Shown: positions 1 through 10,202 of the stretch, piece by piece
Layout of the letters: each line of letters starts with the position of its first letter
Position numbering within the stretch: the first letter of the stretch is position 1
NCBI GenBank assembly: GCA_049472335.1
Contig: JBLIRO010000009.1
Span: forward strand, 1 to 64,000
Length of the DNA: 64,000 nt
Reading direction: 5' to 3'
Source: a bacterium
GTDB taxonomy: Bacteria > SZUA-182 > DTGQ01 > JAFGSM01
Notes under the pieces: model-generated
What the model was told of the DNA's origin: nothing
The model's input: the letters and a program-made list of their open reading frames with translations, nothing else
Database searches by the model: none
Made by a program: the position numbers and the translations under genes

Positions 1-360
1 TGAAGAGTAGCATAATCCGGAAAAAAAGGCAGGACGGATTGGGTTGTCCAGAAATTCCTGTTTTAATTTATCCTGAAAGGCATGAAAGCGCTCAGAATCA
101 AGAAAAAGATAATGATCCAATTTATCAAGAAGATCAATAAGGTCTTCGCGGAAAAGGAGATCTCCATGATTCCTCATATACTCAGCCTGAATATCCAATA
201 GTGAATGTTTTCCGTCCAGGCAGGACAATACCGTAACAAACCGCCAGGGGATGATAATGGGCTTGTCGCTGATCTTTTGTGGATCATGAAGACAACCCAT
301 CCTTTTTCCTTCCACATCGACAGGAAAAAATTGAACCTCTCTTAATTTGGGATATTCCAT
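1..360 (-). CDS. amrB: AmmeMemoRadiSam system protein B (MEMO1 family), 5' part; runs off the window start
   Basis: Not in the ORF track. Hand translation from ATG at 360 is open to position 1: MEYPKLREVQFFPVDVEGKRMGCLHDPQKIS...LDGKHSLLDIQAEYMR...IRPAFFSGLCYSS. It resembles the N-terminally extended AmrB form, ending in an RPAxxxGxxY-type MEMO start. Confidence 0.7.
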   Translation of the reverse strand, partial: MEYPKLREVQFFPVDVEGKRMGCLHDPQKISDKPIIIPWRFVTVLSCLDGKHSLLDIQAEYMRNHGDLLFREDLIDLLDKLDHYLFLDSERFHAFQDKLKQEFLDNPIRPAFFSGLCYSS

Positions 361-364
361 TGTT

Positions 365-991
365 CTAATAAATGTATTCCAGCAGATCCAGTGGCTTATT
401 TATTGTCAGATCCGAAATCAGATCACGCCTCTGTCCGAATCCGTAGGAAGCCCAGCATGTCAATATACCGGCATTTTTTCCTGCAAGTATATCAGTATAG
501 TGATCCCCGATGTTTAAGGTCTCTGATCCTGAAGAGGAAGATCTTTTCATGACTTCATATATGGAATCGGGGGCGGGTTTTTTGGGCCATATCTCATCTC
601 CTGAGATTATTAAGTCAAATCTATGGAGCAAACCAAGGCCGTTTAAGATAGGGATTGTAAATTCTTTTGGTTTATTTGTTATTACAGCCAGGAATCTATC
701 CCCGATCTGATCCAGCAGCTCATAAATGCCAGGATAACAGACAGTATTATCCAAAAGGTTTTTCCGGTAATAAGCCCTGAAGACCTCAACCCCTGATTCG
801 ACTTTTTCTTCATGACCAGACAGAGCCTGAGAGATAAGCCTATAAACACCTTCCCCTATCATTATATATATTTCTTCCAGTTTTTTTTCAGGAAGATTAA
901 ATCTGACAAGAGTCCGGTTTACTGAATGGGCAATATCTTTTTTTGAATCAACCAGTGTTCCGTCCAGGTCAAAAATAATGGTTCGCAACAT
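365..991 (-). CDS. HAD-superfamily hydrolase, phosphoglycolate phosphatase-like
   Basis: Motifs FDLDGTLVDS, TNK, KKPAPD and IGDHYTD. Start moved to ATG at 991 (MLRTIIFDLDG) because HAD motif I normally sits at the N-terminus. Confidence 0.88.
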   Translation of the reverse strand: MLRTIIFDLDGTLVDSKKDIAHSVNRTLVRFNLPEKKLEEIYIMIGEGVYRLISQALSGHEEKVESGVEVFRAYYRKNLLDNTVCYPGIYELLDQIGDRFLAVITNKPKEFTIPILNGLGLLHRFDLIISGDEIWPKKPAPDSIYEVMKRSSSSGSETLNIGDHYTDILAGKNAGILTCWASYGFGQRRDLISDLTINKPLDLLEYIY

Positions 992-1223
992 CGGCTCTTT
1001 TTTTATTAATTTAAATATGGATAAAATAGATCTACTACTAAGAATAACATATTTCAACGACTTGTTAAACAACACCTCAAAAATATTGGCCAATCCCGGT
1101 TAAAAAAATACTTTAAATATTTCATAAAGGCTTGACTTTTAATAATTGTGATATAAAATAGTTTTGTTTATACTTGATTATGCAAATTATTATAGATTTA
1201 AAAGGGAAAGGGGGTGAAAGTCT

Positions 1224-1526
1224 ATGGCGGCGCTATGGGCAGTTTTGGGAGGTATTATTGCTATATTCCTGGGTATAATCGGACTTGTATGGTGGTGGCC
1301 CTACTTTTTAAGGGCATTGGCGGCAACTCTTCCGGCCCTTTTTATTTTTGGAGGAGCTATTGCGTTATTTATAGGTATAAGTGAGATAAGGGATTCTCTC
1401 AAGAGTAAGGAAGAAATAGATACCTCTGACTTTAATGCAGAGACCAAAGTGGAAGAAGATAGCACAGTGGATGAAAAGCCCGAAGAGTCAAAAGAAAAGG
1501 CCAAGAAGTCCTCTAAGAAAGAATAA
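1224..1526 (+). CDS. Small two-TM membrane protein with charged C-terminal tail
   Basis: Two hydrophobic segments, a purine-rich RBS upstream and a terminator downstream. Confidence 0.75.
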   Translation: MAALWAVLGGIIAIFLGIIGLVWWWPYFLRALAATLPALFIFGGAIALFIGISEIRDSLKSKEEIDTSDFNAETKVEEDSTVDEKPEESKEKAKKSSKKE

Positions 1527-1553
1527 ATCACTTTGAATTTTATGGGAAATCAT

Positions 1554-1590
1554 AAAGGGTGCCTGGTAAGATACAAAGGCACCCTTTTTT
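1554..1590 (+). terminator. Intrinsic terminator
   Basis: Stem aaagggtgcct / aggcacccttt followed by a T run, just after the 1224..1526 gene. Confidence 0.75.
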
Positions 1591-1692
1591 ACTAGCCCTG
1601 ATATTATAGTTTTATAGTTGACATAGGCCTTTATTTTTGCTATCTATACCATTAATTTCTAATGTTTTATTTTTTCATCTTAGATTCACAAA

Positions 1693-3306
1693 ATGGACTA
1701 TATAAAACTTTTAAACCTCCAGTCTGAACCTTTTTCAAATTCTCCGGACCCGTCTTTTTTTTATCTTTCCCCCGCATATCAAGACTGCCTGCAGAATCTT
1801 GAAATCTCAATCCGTTTGAGGAGAGGATTGAATCTGGTTCTGGGTGATATAGGGATAGGTAAGACAACCCTCAGCAGGGCGCTAATCCAACAATTTCAGT
1901 CCGAAGCAGAGCGTTTTCAGTTCCATCTTATATTAGATCCCTCTTTTGAATCAGAAATCGAATTCTTGTACGCATTGATTATGGGCTTTGGTATAAGCCG
2001 CCCGAGCAATGATTCTTTATTTGTATACAAAGAATCCATTCGTCAGTTTCTCTTGGATGAAGGCCTTAAAAAAGAGAGGATTATTGTCCTTATTGTGGAT
2101 GAGGGACAGAAATTAAATGGGGTTTGTCTGGAATTATTAAGGGATCTTTTAAATTTCGAGACCAATCAGTTCAAACTCCTCCAATTGATTATAATGGCTC
2201 AAAAGGAGTTTCATGAAAAGATCAGAGAGAAGCGTAATTTAACTGACAGGATTAATACATTTTATGAAATCAGGCCATTAGATAGAAATGAGACCCTGGA
2301 TATGATCCAGTTTCGTTTACAGAAAGCAGGCTGGACCAAAAAGCGTCCTCTGTTTTCGTCTGAGGCCATTGATCGAATCCATTACTATAGCGGGGGATAT
2401 CCCCGAAGGGTAATAACGCTTTGTCATCACTCCTTACTTTTCATGCTGATCAGGAAGTCAGATATTGTAGGTCCCGAGATAGTGGAATACGCCATTTCCC
2501 AGCTCTATGAATATAAGGAGGAATCCGGTAAAAAAAGGAAAGCTTGTTCTTCCAAAACATCCATCCCATACAAACCTCGAAAAGAATCCATCTTGGTGAA
2601 ATTTGTCAAACCCTTACGTCTAAGACGTCTAATTACCCCTGCGCTTTTAGCAATCCTCATCTCTCTGCTCTTTTTTACCTTGCATTGGGGTAAAAAAAAT
2701 ATGAATCTCTCAAGTCTGGTTGATAAAGATACGAAGGTTGAAAAATCCGTTATTACAGCGAGACTGAATACACAGGATATAGATACACAGGATATGGATA
2801 GTAAGAAAATTGATACACGAGATATTTTAACACCGGAACAAGAAAAAAGGGATCTTGATAAACAAGCAGCTGTTAATCCGGTATTAGAACCGAGGGAGTC
2901 TTATAATAAGCAGCTTAATGATAGTGGAAAGTCGGAAACTCCTGAGCCATATACGCAGACTTATCCTGTTTATGCCTTTGAGAATAAAGACAAATTAAAT
3001 TTAAGTACATATCTTTCCAAGGTCCCGGAAACACCTTCTGATAAAGAGATAAAAATTGATTATCTGAGACCGGATTCAGAGACAGTCTCCAGGATAGTGT
3101 CAGAGGGTGACACTATATTCAAATTGGCCAGAATCATTTATGAAATAGAGATTAACTCGTCTATTTTAAAAAAGATAAGAGAAGCCAATCCACATATATC
3201 GGATCTGAATCATATAGAGGTAGGGGAAAGGGTTTTTTTCCCAAAATTAATATTCTCTGATGAAGGATCTCAGAAGCAACCCTCTATGAGGAGGGATGTC
3301 AACTGA
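1693..3306 (+). CDS. ExeA/GspA-family AAA ATPase with TM helix and C-terminal LysM-like domain
   Basis: EPFSNSPDPSFFY N-terminus, Walker A GDIGIGKTT, Walker B VDEGQ, SGGYPR, a TM helix, then VSEGDTIFKLA...ANPHISDLNHIEVGERVFFP. Confidence 0.85.
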   Translation: MDYIKLLNLQSEPFSNSPDPSFFYLSPAYQDCLQNLEISIRLRRGLNLVLGDIGIGKTTLSRALIQQFQSEAERFQFHLILDPSFESEIEFLYALIMGFGISRPSNDSLFVYKESIRQFLLDEGLKKERIIVLIVDEGQKLNGVCLELLRDLLNFETNQFKLLQLIIMAQKEFHEKIREKRNLTDRINTFYEIRPLDRNETLDMIQFRLQKAGWTKKRPLFSSEAIDRIHYYSGGYPRRVITLCHHSLLFMLIRKSDIVGPEIVEYAISQLYEYKEESGKKRKACSSKTSIPYKPRKESILVKFVKPLRLRRLITPALLAILISLLFFTLHWGKKNMNLSSLVDKDTKVEKSVITARLNTQDIDTQDMDSKKIDTRDILTPEQEKRDLDKQAAVNPVLEPRESYNKQLNDSGKSETPEPYTQTYPVYAFENKDKLNLSTYLSKVPETPSDKEIKIDYLRPDSETVSRIVSEGDTIFKLARIIYEIEINSSILKKIREANPHISDLNHIEVGERVFFPKLIFSDEGSQKQPSMRRDVN

Positions 3307-3348
3307 CTCGTTTATCAGTCTTTGATTTTATAAGATGCTGAAAGACAG

Positions 3349-4020
3349 ATGAAAACGGAAAAGGATCTAAACGCAACGAATCAGCTAATCAAGGTCATTC
3401 GTGGAGAAGCATTTTCCATGCCTCAGATGGAGACTTCTGGAGAGAGCGAGTCTGCAGTAGCAGTTACTGTGAGTAGTACTCATGCGGGATGGTGGACATG
3501 GGGTAAAATTTTTACATTGGTTCTTATTTTTACTGTGATCTCTTTTACTTTTTTGAGTGTGTCATTCCTTTCCGGAGAAATCAAAGATCTCGAAAATAAA
3601 AAGAATGAACTATTGCGTATGCAAAAACAGATGGTTACACCTCCGGAGCTGAGTACGGTCTGGAAACAGAAAGAGGAATTGGCTCAAAAGCTGGATTCCG
3701 TTTCTTCTTTTTTGTCCACTCAGAGGCCTTATGTATCAAGTCTTCTCAAAGAGATTTCCAATATTTTTCCAAAAAACTGTTTCTTGAACCGATTATATCT
3801 GTTTTTCCCTTCTCAGGAGCTTTCGATTAATGATACAGCTATTACCATTGAAGCGACACTCGTGGATTATACATCGTATAGGGGGGCTGATCTGTCTAAT
3901 GTAGTTAAATCCATAGAGGATTCTCCGCTTTTTACGCAGGCTAGAATAGGTTATCAGGACAGGGCAATGCTTTTTAACCATAGAACAATAGATTTTCAGA
4001 TTGATTTTTCTTTAGAATGA
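3349..4020 (+). CDS. PilN/GspL-like assembly protein
   Basis: Single TM, coiled coil, then LLKEISNIFPKNCFL and VKSIEDSPLF resembling the PilN domain; gene context. Confidence 0.65.
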   Translation: MKTEKDLNATNQLIKVIRGEAFSMPQMETSGESESAVAVTVSSTHAGWWTWGKIFTLVLIFTVISFTFLSVSFLSGEIKDLENKKNELLRMQKQMVTPPELSTVWKQKEELAQKLDSVSSFLSTQRPYVSSLLKEISNIFPKNCFLNRLYLFFPSQELSINDTAITIEATLVDYTSYRGADLSNVVKSIEDSPLFTQARIGYQDRAMLFNHRTIDFQIDFSLE

Positions 4021-4619
4021 CAAAGACGGTTGGTCATAATAAATTCAGCAAGTCATGGGTTTTTATTATTTCGGGTATCCTGGCCTTATTTTTTTCCATA
4101 TGGTGGGTGATTGATATATATGTGCCTTATGGTAAAAAAAGAGAATCTCTCCGGACGCAGATCATTAAACTTGAACAGGAAATAGGGCAGAAGGATGAAA
4201 AATGGCGGAATTACAGAAAGGCAGAGGAACGTCTCGGCTCATCTATGAATTCTATTCGAGAGATCCGGTCAAAGCTGCCGGACCTTAAAAACCTTGAAAA
4301 AATTGTATTGCATTTAAAAGCTACCGGCCTTGAACATGATCTTATTGTAGAAGAGGAGGTGCCCGAGCCTTATCTTTCGTTGTCGCCTTATCCTTCGGAA
4401 TCCTTGATACATCCTGTCAATTTGACCTTAATATTGAAAGGGGATTTTGGGGCTGTAGGAAAGTTTATACAATTTCTGGATGAGGAAAATCGGCAATTTT
4501 GTCATATAAGAAGCGTTAATATGGAACGATCCGCTTCCCAGACTTATACGGTTTCTGCTCTTATAAAAATGGAGATGTTTTTTCAGAAGCAGGAAGGGAA
4601 AAACCATGATGCCCTTTAA
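4017..4619 (+). CDS. PilO/GspM-like assembly protein
   Basis: TM plus coiled coil plus VNLTLILKGDFGAVGKFIQFLD; 4-nt overlap with the upstream gene. Confidence 0.7.
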   Translation: MTKTVGHNKFSKSWVFIISGILALFFSIWWVIDIYVPYGKKRESLRTQIIKLEQEIGQKDEKWRNYRKAEERLGSSMNSIREIRSKLPDLKNLEKIVLHLKATGLEHDLIVEEEVPEPYLSLSPYPSESLIHPVNLTLILKGDFGAVGKFIQFLDEENRQFCHIRSVNMERSASQTYTVSALIKMEMFFQKQEGKNHDAL

Positions 4620-5121
4620 AAAGCGGTTATTTCTTATAATATCTGTTTTTGCGGGCATCTTTCTTTCGATTCTTTTTCTTATAATTTTAGCGTTTAGACC
4701 CGGAAGAAAATTGCAATCCATACCAGATCCTTCATTGGAAAAACTGCCAGAATCCCATAAAATTCAGGAAAAAAATGCGGAATCGGAAAAGATTACAGGG
4801 GGGATCTCTTCTTTCCCAGCACAGGTGAAACTTTTAAACGCGCCGTGGATAAGGGACCCTTTTAATCTTGATTCTTTAAAAACCAAGTCCGTTGAAAAAG
4901 ATATAGCTACAGGACATGGTTCACAGACCTCAAGCGGCAGGTTGCTGGATCTCAATTTAACGGGCATAGTCTTTTTTGACAATCAGTATATGGCATTGAT
5001 CAATGATGCAGGGGTGAGGGAAGGGGATACGATCCTGGGTTTCAAGGTTTTAAAGATAAAACGGGATTATATCGTTTTGCTGGACGGCTCAGGTGACTAT
5101 TATACCTTAGGCCTTAAATAG
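4606..5121 (+). CDS. PilP/GspB-like pilus or secretion accessory protein
   Basis: N-terminal TM, RDPF motif, then LTGIVF...[20 protein letters not shown]. Confidence 0.6.
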   Translation: MMPFKKRLFLIISVFAGIFLSILFLIILAFRPGRKLQSIPDPSLEKLPESHKIQEKNAESEKITGGISSFPAQVKLLNAPWIRDPFNLDSLKTKSVEKDIATGHGSQTSSGRLLDLNLTGIVFFDNQYMALINDAGVREGDTILGFKVLKIKRDYIVLLDGSGDYYTLGLK

Positions 5122-5149
5122 AAGGTTTTATAGAACTTATGAGGTAAGC

Positions 5150-8100
5150 ATGGAAGAAGAAAAGATATCCTGGAATTACATAATATTCACGTGCATAATT
5201 GGAATTTTGCTGCTTTTAAACTGGATAGGGGTTTTCCGTACCCTTTTCGGGATCAATACGGCCATTTTTCTCACCCTTATCGGTGGCTATAAGATTTTTT
5301 ATAACGCGCTGAGTGAGCTGTTAGAAAAGAGGATCTCGGTTGATCTGGCAATAGGTATTGCTGCCATAGCGGCCCTTGCAATAAAACAATATCTCGCTGC
5401 CGCTGAGGTCATCTTTATCATGCTCATTGGTGAGGCCCTAGAGATGTACGCAGTGGATAAAACAAGGTCTGCCATAAAAAATCTTATAGACCTTGCTCCG
5501 AAGACTGCCAGAGTTCGACGTGAAGATATAGTCCAGGAAGTTACCTTGGATGAGGTCAGGGTGGGAGAGACGGTTATTTGTAAACCTGGTGAGAAGATCC
5601 CTGTAGACGGAAGGGTTTCTCATGGGGTCTCTTCAGTTGATCAAAGCTCTATCACTGGAGAGTCGATGCCGGTTGAGAAACAGGTCGGCTCAGAGGTCTT
5701 TAGCGGCACTATCAATCAGCTCGGGCTTCTTGAAATTCAGGTTGAAAAGGTTGGCGAGGGAACGCTTTTATCCCGGATTATCCATATGGTGGAAGAAGCT
5801 CAGGAAAAGAAGGCCCCTTTTCAGAAGACCGCGGACCGTTATGCAGTATATTTTGTGCCGATTATCCTATGCCTTGCAGCGTTGACGTTTCTTTTCAGCC
5901 GTGACTGGATACGCGCCGTTTCCGTATTGATTATAGCATGCCCGTGTGCGTTGGTGCTTGCCACGCCAACAGCGGTTGTTGCGGGAATAGGACGTCTTGC
6001 CAGGGAAGGGATACTCGTAAAAGGCGGTATGCACCTGGAAACGGTCGGTAAGATCGACACACTGGTTTTGGATAAGACCGGCACTGTGACCCAGGGACAG
6101 CCCAGGATAATAGATATCATACCCCAGGGCAAATACAACAGGGAAGGGATACTTGAGCTTGCCGCTTCCGCGGAGAATTGCTCTGAGCATCTTCTGGCCC
6201 ATCTTATTGTGGAGAAGGCAAAAGAGGAAGGCATAACCATTCATAAAGCAAGCACTTCCCAGGTGCTTCCGGGCAGGGGGATTATTATAAATCTTGGCAA
6301 AAAAAGGATTGTAGTGGGCAATCAAAAGATGCTGGAGGAAAACGGCATCAGGCTCACAGACGAACAGATCCTGGACCTGGATAAGATAGATCAACTGGGG
6401 CTGACACCTATCCTTGTCGCCGAGGGAAACCATTTGGCAGGAATTATAAGTATAGAGGATAGTGTCCGCCCGGAGGCTTCAGAAGCTATTCATTCTTTAA
6501 GAAATCTGGGCATCAGTGACCTACAGATGTTGACGGGCGATAATCCGAAGGTGGCGAAGGTGATCGCCGAGAGGGTCGGGATAAAGAATGTTTGGGCCAA
6601 TCTCCTCCCGGATCAGAAGGCAGAGCATATAAAGAAACTCCAGGCCGAAGGACGGAAGATCGCAATGGTCGGAGATGGCATCAATGACGCGCCATCTCTT
6701 TCCGTGGCGGATGTAGGCATATCCATGTCGGAGATCGGGACGGATATAGCCATTGAAGCCGCGGATATCATATTGATGTCTGATGATCTGAATAAGCTCC
6801 AGGAAGCTGTGCTTACAGGGAAAAGAACTGTAAGAACGATCAAACAGAACATATTTTACTTCGCAGTCATTTTCAATCTTCTTGCAGTAGGTACCGCTTC
6901 TTTTTTCACCTTTTTGACACCTGTCTGGGCGGCCATAGTCCATCAGATCAGCTCCCTGCTTGTTGTGGGCAATTCCCTTAGGCTTCTTTCGGCCCGTAAG
7001 ATCACCTATGAGATAAAAGAAAAGGTCTCGGAGTTTTTTGGTTATATGACTAAAGAGGTGGGGGAAAGCGGAAAAGGATGGATCAGCGAACACCATAATA
7101 GCCTGATAAAATATGTCATCATCTGCCTTGCCTTGATATATATCCTGAGCGGTTTCTATGTCATTAGGACGAATCAGTTGGGTGTAGTCCGGATTTTTGG
7201 AAAGAGGCTCCAGGAGCCCGTTGATTCCGGCCTGCATTTCTTTCCTCCATGGCCTGTGGGAAAGGTAACAAGACTTTCCAAGAGTATTGACCGCGTTGAG
7301 ATAGGTTTCCGAAGTAAAGCCATACAAAGCACGGCTCCAATACAAAGGGATCCCAATCTGAAGATCCAACCGATCATTGCTTATGAATGGGACATTCAGC
7401 ACCGCACAGGCACTTATCAGGATAATCCGGCCGAATCGCAGACCTTTACCGGGGATGAGAATTTCATCGAGCTGGATATGGTGGTGCATTTCAGGATAAA
7501 AGATCCAGCACTCTACCTTTTTAGGATAAGGGGACAGGAGGACGCGGAATCCCTCATCCGTTTCACAGGGAAGTCTACTATTATAAGATTGATTGGCGAA
7601 AAGGCCATTGACGATATTTTAACTTCCGAGAGGGCCGGTATTGAAAAGGCGGCAAAGGAGGACCTGCAGTTCATTCTGGATGATTATGGAGCGGGCATAG
7701 AGATAGTAGGTGTGTATCTCCAATCAGTACATCCGCCCATAGAAGTAGCTGACGCATTTCGGGACGTTGTGAACGCCAATGAAGAAAAAAGCAGATTGAT
7801 CAACCTGGCGGAGGCTTACAACAGGGAACAGCTCCCACTGGCCAGAGGAAATGCGTTTATGTCATTGGAGGACGCGCGGGCCTATCAACAGGAGCTAATA
7901 GACAGATCTTCAGGGGATGGAAAGAAATTTTTGCTGACTGCCCGTCAGTTCAATGACTATTCTCTAGTGACAAAGGAAAGATTGTATCTGGAAACAATGG
8001 AAAAAGGCCTTTCAGGGGTGAAAAAATTTGTTATTGATAAGGGCAGGACAGGGAAAAGCGGACTAACCATCTTTGGCTCAAGAGATTTAGAGGGATTTTT

Positions 8101-8179
8101 AAACAGTTTGTCAGAAGGTTTGAGTAATAGTAACCGAAATCCATCAAGAGGAAGCGGTATGGGGGGAGGTAACAGATAA
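5150..8179 (+). CDS. Heavy-metal P1B-type ATPase fused to a C-terminal HflK (SPFH/band-7) domain
   Basis: TGES, CPC, DKTGT, SEH, TGDN and GDGINDAP in the first ~615 aa, then a TM and an HflK-like region (GVVRIFGK...GLHFFPPWP...[14 protein letters not shown]...RLYLETME), all in one uninterrupted frame. Confidence 0.9.
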   Translation: MEEEKISWNYIIFTCIIGILLLLNWIGVFRTLFGINTAIFLTLIGGYKIFYNALSELLEKRISVDLAIGIAAIAALAIKQYLAAAEVIFIMLIGEALEMYAVDKTRSAIKNLIDLAPKTARVRREDIVQEVTLDEVRVGETVICKPGEKIPVDGRVSHGVSSVDQSSITGESMPVEKQVGSEVFSGTINQLGLLEIQVEKVGEGTLLSRIIHMVEEAQEKKAPFQKTADRYAVYFVPIILCLAALTFLFSRDWIRAVSVLIIACPCALVLATPTAVVAGIGRLAREGILVKGGMHLETVGKIDTLVLDKTGTVTQGQPRIIDIIPQGKYNREGILELAASAENCSEHLLAHLIVEKAKEEGITIHKASTSQVLPGRGIIINLGKKRIVVGNQKMLEENGIRLTDEQILDLDKIDQLGLTPILVAEGNHLAGIISIEDSVRPEASEAIHSLRNLGISDLQMLTGDNPKVAKVIAERVGIKNVWANLLPDQKAEHIKKLQAEGRKIAMVGDGINDAPSLSVADVGISMSEIGTDIAIEAADIILMSDDLNKLQEAVLTGKRTVRTIKQNIFYFAVIFNLLAVGTASFFTFLTPVWAAIVHQISSLLVVGNSLRLLSARKITYEIKEKVSEFFGYMTKEVGESGKGWISEHHNSLIKYVIICLALIYILSGFYVIRTNQLGVVRIFGKRLQEPVDSGLHFFPPWPVGKVTRLSKSIDRVEIGFRSKAIQSTAPIQRDPNLKIQPIIAYEWDIQHRTGTYQDNPAESQTFTGDENFIELDMVVHFRIKDPALYLFRIRGQEDAESLIRFTGKSTIIRLIGEKAIDDILTSERAGIEKAAKEDLQFILDDYGAGIEIVGVYLQSVHPPIEVADAFRDVVNANEEKSRLINLAEAYNREQLPLARGNAFMSLEDARAYQQELIDRSSGDGKKFLLTARQFNDYSLVTKERLYLETMEKGLSGVKKFVIDKGRTGKSGLTIFGSRDLEGFLNSLSEGLSNSNRNPSRGSGMGGGNR

Positions 8180-8184
8180 AGCTC

Positions 8185-9099
8185 ATGAAAAATAAAAGGA
8201 ATAATTTTATCAAGGTACTTGTCATTCTCGTTATATTAGTATTAGGTCTCTTGTGCCTGTTTATCTGCGACGAGACTCGATTCGTCATTGTAACACTTTT
8301 TGGGAAGCCTGTTCGTACGGTCAGTCAGCCCGGCCTTCACTTTAAGACATTCCTTCACAGTACGACACGTTTTGATAAAAGGCTTTTGATATACGATCCA
8401 ACACCCTCCGAATTTCTTACCATGGATAAAAAGAATGTGGTAGTGGATTGTTTTGCGTGCTGGAAGATTGTGGATCCCTTGAGGTTTTACCAGACCGCCG
8501 GTGATATAGAAGGTGCGAAGAGAAGGCTGTATGATATACTTTATTCGGAGATATCCGCTGCCCTCGGGAGGTATGACCTTTCAGGACTTATATCCACGAA
8601 TCCAGAGCAAGGAAAAATAGATCAGCTCATGGCCATTGTAACAGAAAATTGCAGAAGAAAAGCTGAAAAGGATTTCAGCATAGCCATTAAGGATGTTAAA
8701 CTGAAACAGCTCATCCTGCCTCAGCAAAACAAACAGAGTGTGTTCGACAGGATGCGCGCTGAAAGGCAGAGGATAGCCAAGATGTACAGGGCTGAGGGCG
8801 AAGAGGAAGCCCTGAAGATAAGGGCTACCACAGATAAGGAGGTTAAGACCATTTTGTCCGAAGCTTATCGTGAGGCCCAGATCATTAAAGGGGTAGGAGA
8901 CGCTGAATCCATAAGGATATACGGCGATGCGTATAATCAGGATCCGGAATTTTATAAACTGCTTCGCACATTAGAGGCCTACCAGAAGTTCCTGGATGAA
9001 AAGACCACTGTTGTATTATCCTCGGATTCAGAGCTTCTGAGATTGATGACGGAAGGCGAAAAGGCTATTTTTTCAGACAAAAAAGGCAGCACTAGATAA
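8185..9099 (+). CDS. hflC: HflC-like SPFH protein
   Basis: LFGKPVR..PGLHFK, LTMDKKNVVVD, VFDRMRAERQRIA..YRAEGEE and AYNQDPEFY..LRTLEAY are characteristic of HflC. Confidence 0.9.
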   Translation: MKNKRNNFIKVLVILVILVLGLLCLFICDETRFVIVTLFGKPVRTVSQPGLHFKTFLHSTTRFDKRLLIYDPTPSEFLTMDKKNVVVDCFACWKIVDPLRFYQTAGDIEGAKRRLYDILYSEISAALGRYDLSGLISTNPEQGKIDQLMAIVTENCRRKAEKDFSIAIKDVKLKQLILPQQNKQSVFDRMRAERQRIAKMYRAEGEEEALKIRATTDKEVKTILSEAYREAQIIKGVGDAESIRIYGDAYNQDPEFYKLLRTLEAYQKFLDEKTTVVLSSDSELLRLMTEGEKAIFSDKKGSTR

Positions 9100-9100
9100 T

Positions 9101-10075
9101 ATGGAGAGTGTAAATATGGAAAAAATGAAAAAAGGCTTTTTCGATTACCTGCTGACCTGGTTGAAGTATCTTGTTATGCTGGCATTTTTCATATATCTGC
9201 TATCCGGATTTTACAGAATAAGGCCCTTTGAAACCGGGATCATACGTTTTTTCGGCAGGGTTATCAATGATCATGTAGGCCCGGGGCTGCATTATATGCT
9301 TCCTTACCCATTTGCAAGATTGAATAAGATACGGCTTCAGGAAAGAAAAAGGATAGCCGTAGGCTTCGAGTTTTCCGATCAGGTTGTGGGCAGGAGGGCC
9401 AATCCGTTACAGGGTGAATTTATCAGTGGTGATGAAAATATTCTCAACCTGGAGATGGTGCTGCAATATTTTATCATCAGCCCTTCAGAGTATCTTTTAA
9501 GGGTGTATAATCCGGAAGCCCTTATCCGTTCATTTGCAAAGACCAATCTCACCAGGATCGTTTCAGGGATGGAAGTGGATGATATCCTGAAAGGGGAGGG
9601 TAAGGTATTGATACAGTCAGGGGTGCTTCAACAGACCCAGACAGACCTGGACAGGATAATGAATAATCAAAAATGGGTGCAGATAACCTCTGTCAATCTT
9701 CAGAAGGTTTCACCGCCCCTGGAGGTCGCGGATGCCTTTAAGGACGTGGTAACGGCACGTCAGGACAGGGACAGGCTTATCAACGAGGCTGAGGGTTATC
9801 GTTATGATATTCTGCCGAAAACAAGGGGAAGGGCCGTGGAGATTATTCAACAGGCGGAAACCTATAAACAGGAAAGGATCAACCAGTCAAAGGGAGATGC
9901 TGACAGGTTTATAAAGATGGCCGGGGAATATAAGCTGAAAGGGAAGATTACATCCAGCCGCCTGTACCTCGAAACAATGGAGCGTATCATGGAGAGGGTT
10001 AATAAGATCTTTGTGCAGAACGCAAAGGAACATAAACCCATAGACCTGAATATAATCGATCTGGAAAAGAAGTAG
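9101..10075 (+). CDS. hflK: HflK-like SPFH protein
   Basis: GPGLHYMLPYP, SGDENIL, VSPPLEVADAFKDV, AEGY and RLYLETME. Confidence 0.88.
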   Translation: MESVNMEKMKKGFFDYLLTWLKYLVMLAFFIYLLSGFYRIRPFETGIIRFFGRVINDHVGPGLHYMLPYPFARLNKIRLQERKRIAVGFEFSDQVVGRRANPLQGEFISGDENILNLEMVLQYFIISPSEYLLRVYNPEALIRSFAKTNLTRIVSGMEVDDILKGEGKVLIQSGVLQQTQTDLDRIMNNQKWVQITSVNLQKVSPPLEVADAFKDVVTARQDRDRLINEAEGYRYDILPKTRGRAVEIIQQAETYKQERINQSKGDADRFIKMAGEYKLKGKITSSRLYLETMERIMERVNKIFVQNAKEHKPIDLNIIDLEKK

Positions 10076-10202
10076 TGAAACTCTGTTTTTAATGCCTCTC
10101 AGATAGCGTAACGTACTGAATTTTTCCTTAAACTGTATTGGCAATTTTGGTATGAAACTTAATTTAACAAATTATTTTTAGCTGATCCTAAGAGGTTTAA
10201 AA

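Noticed and set aside
1625..1641. sigma54-like element upstream of the ExeA gene
   Set aside because: The GG to GC spacing is 11 nt rather than the required 10.
6521..7489. 322-aa antisense ORF across the ATPase-HflK junction
   Set aside because: It has no recognisable motif and is a typical shadow of a strongly supported + strand gene.
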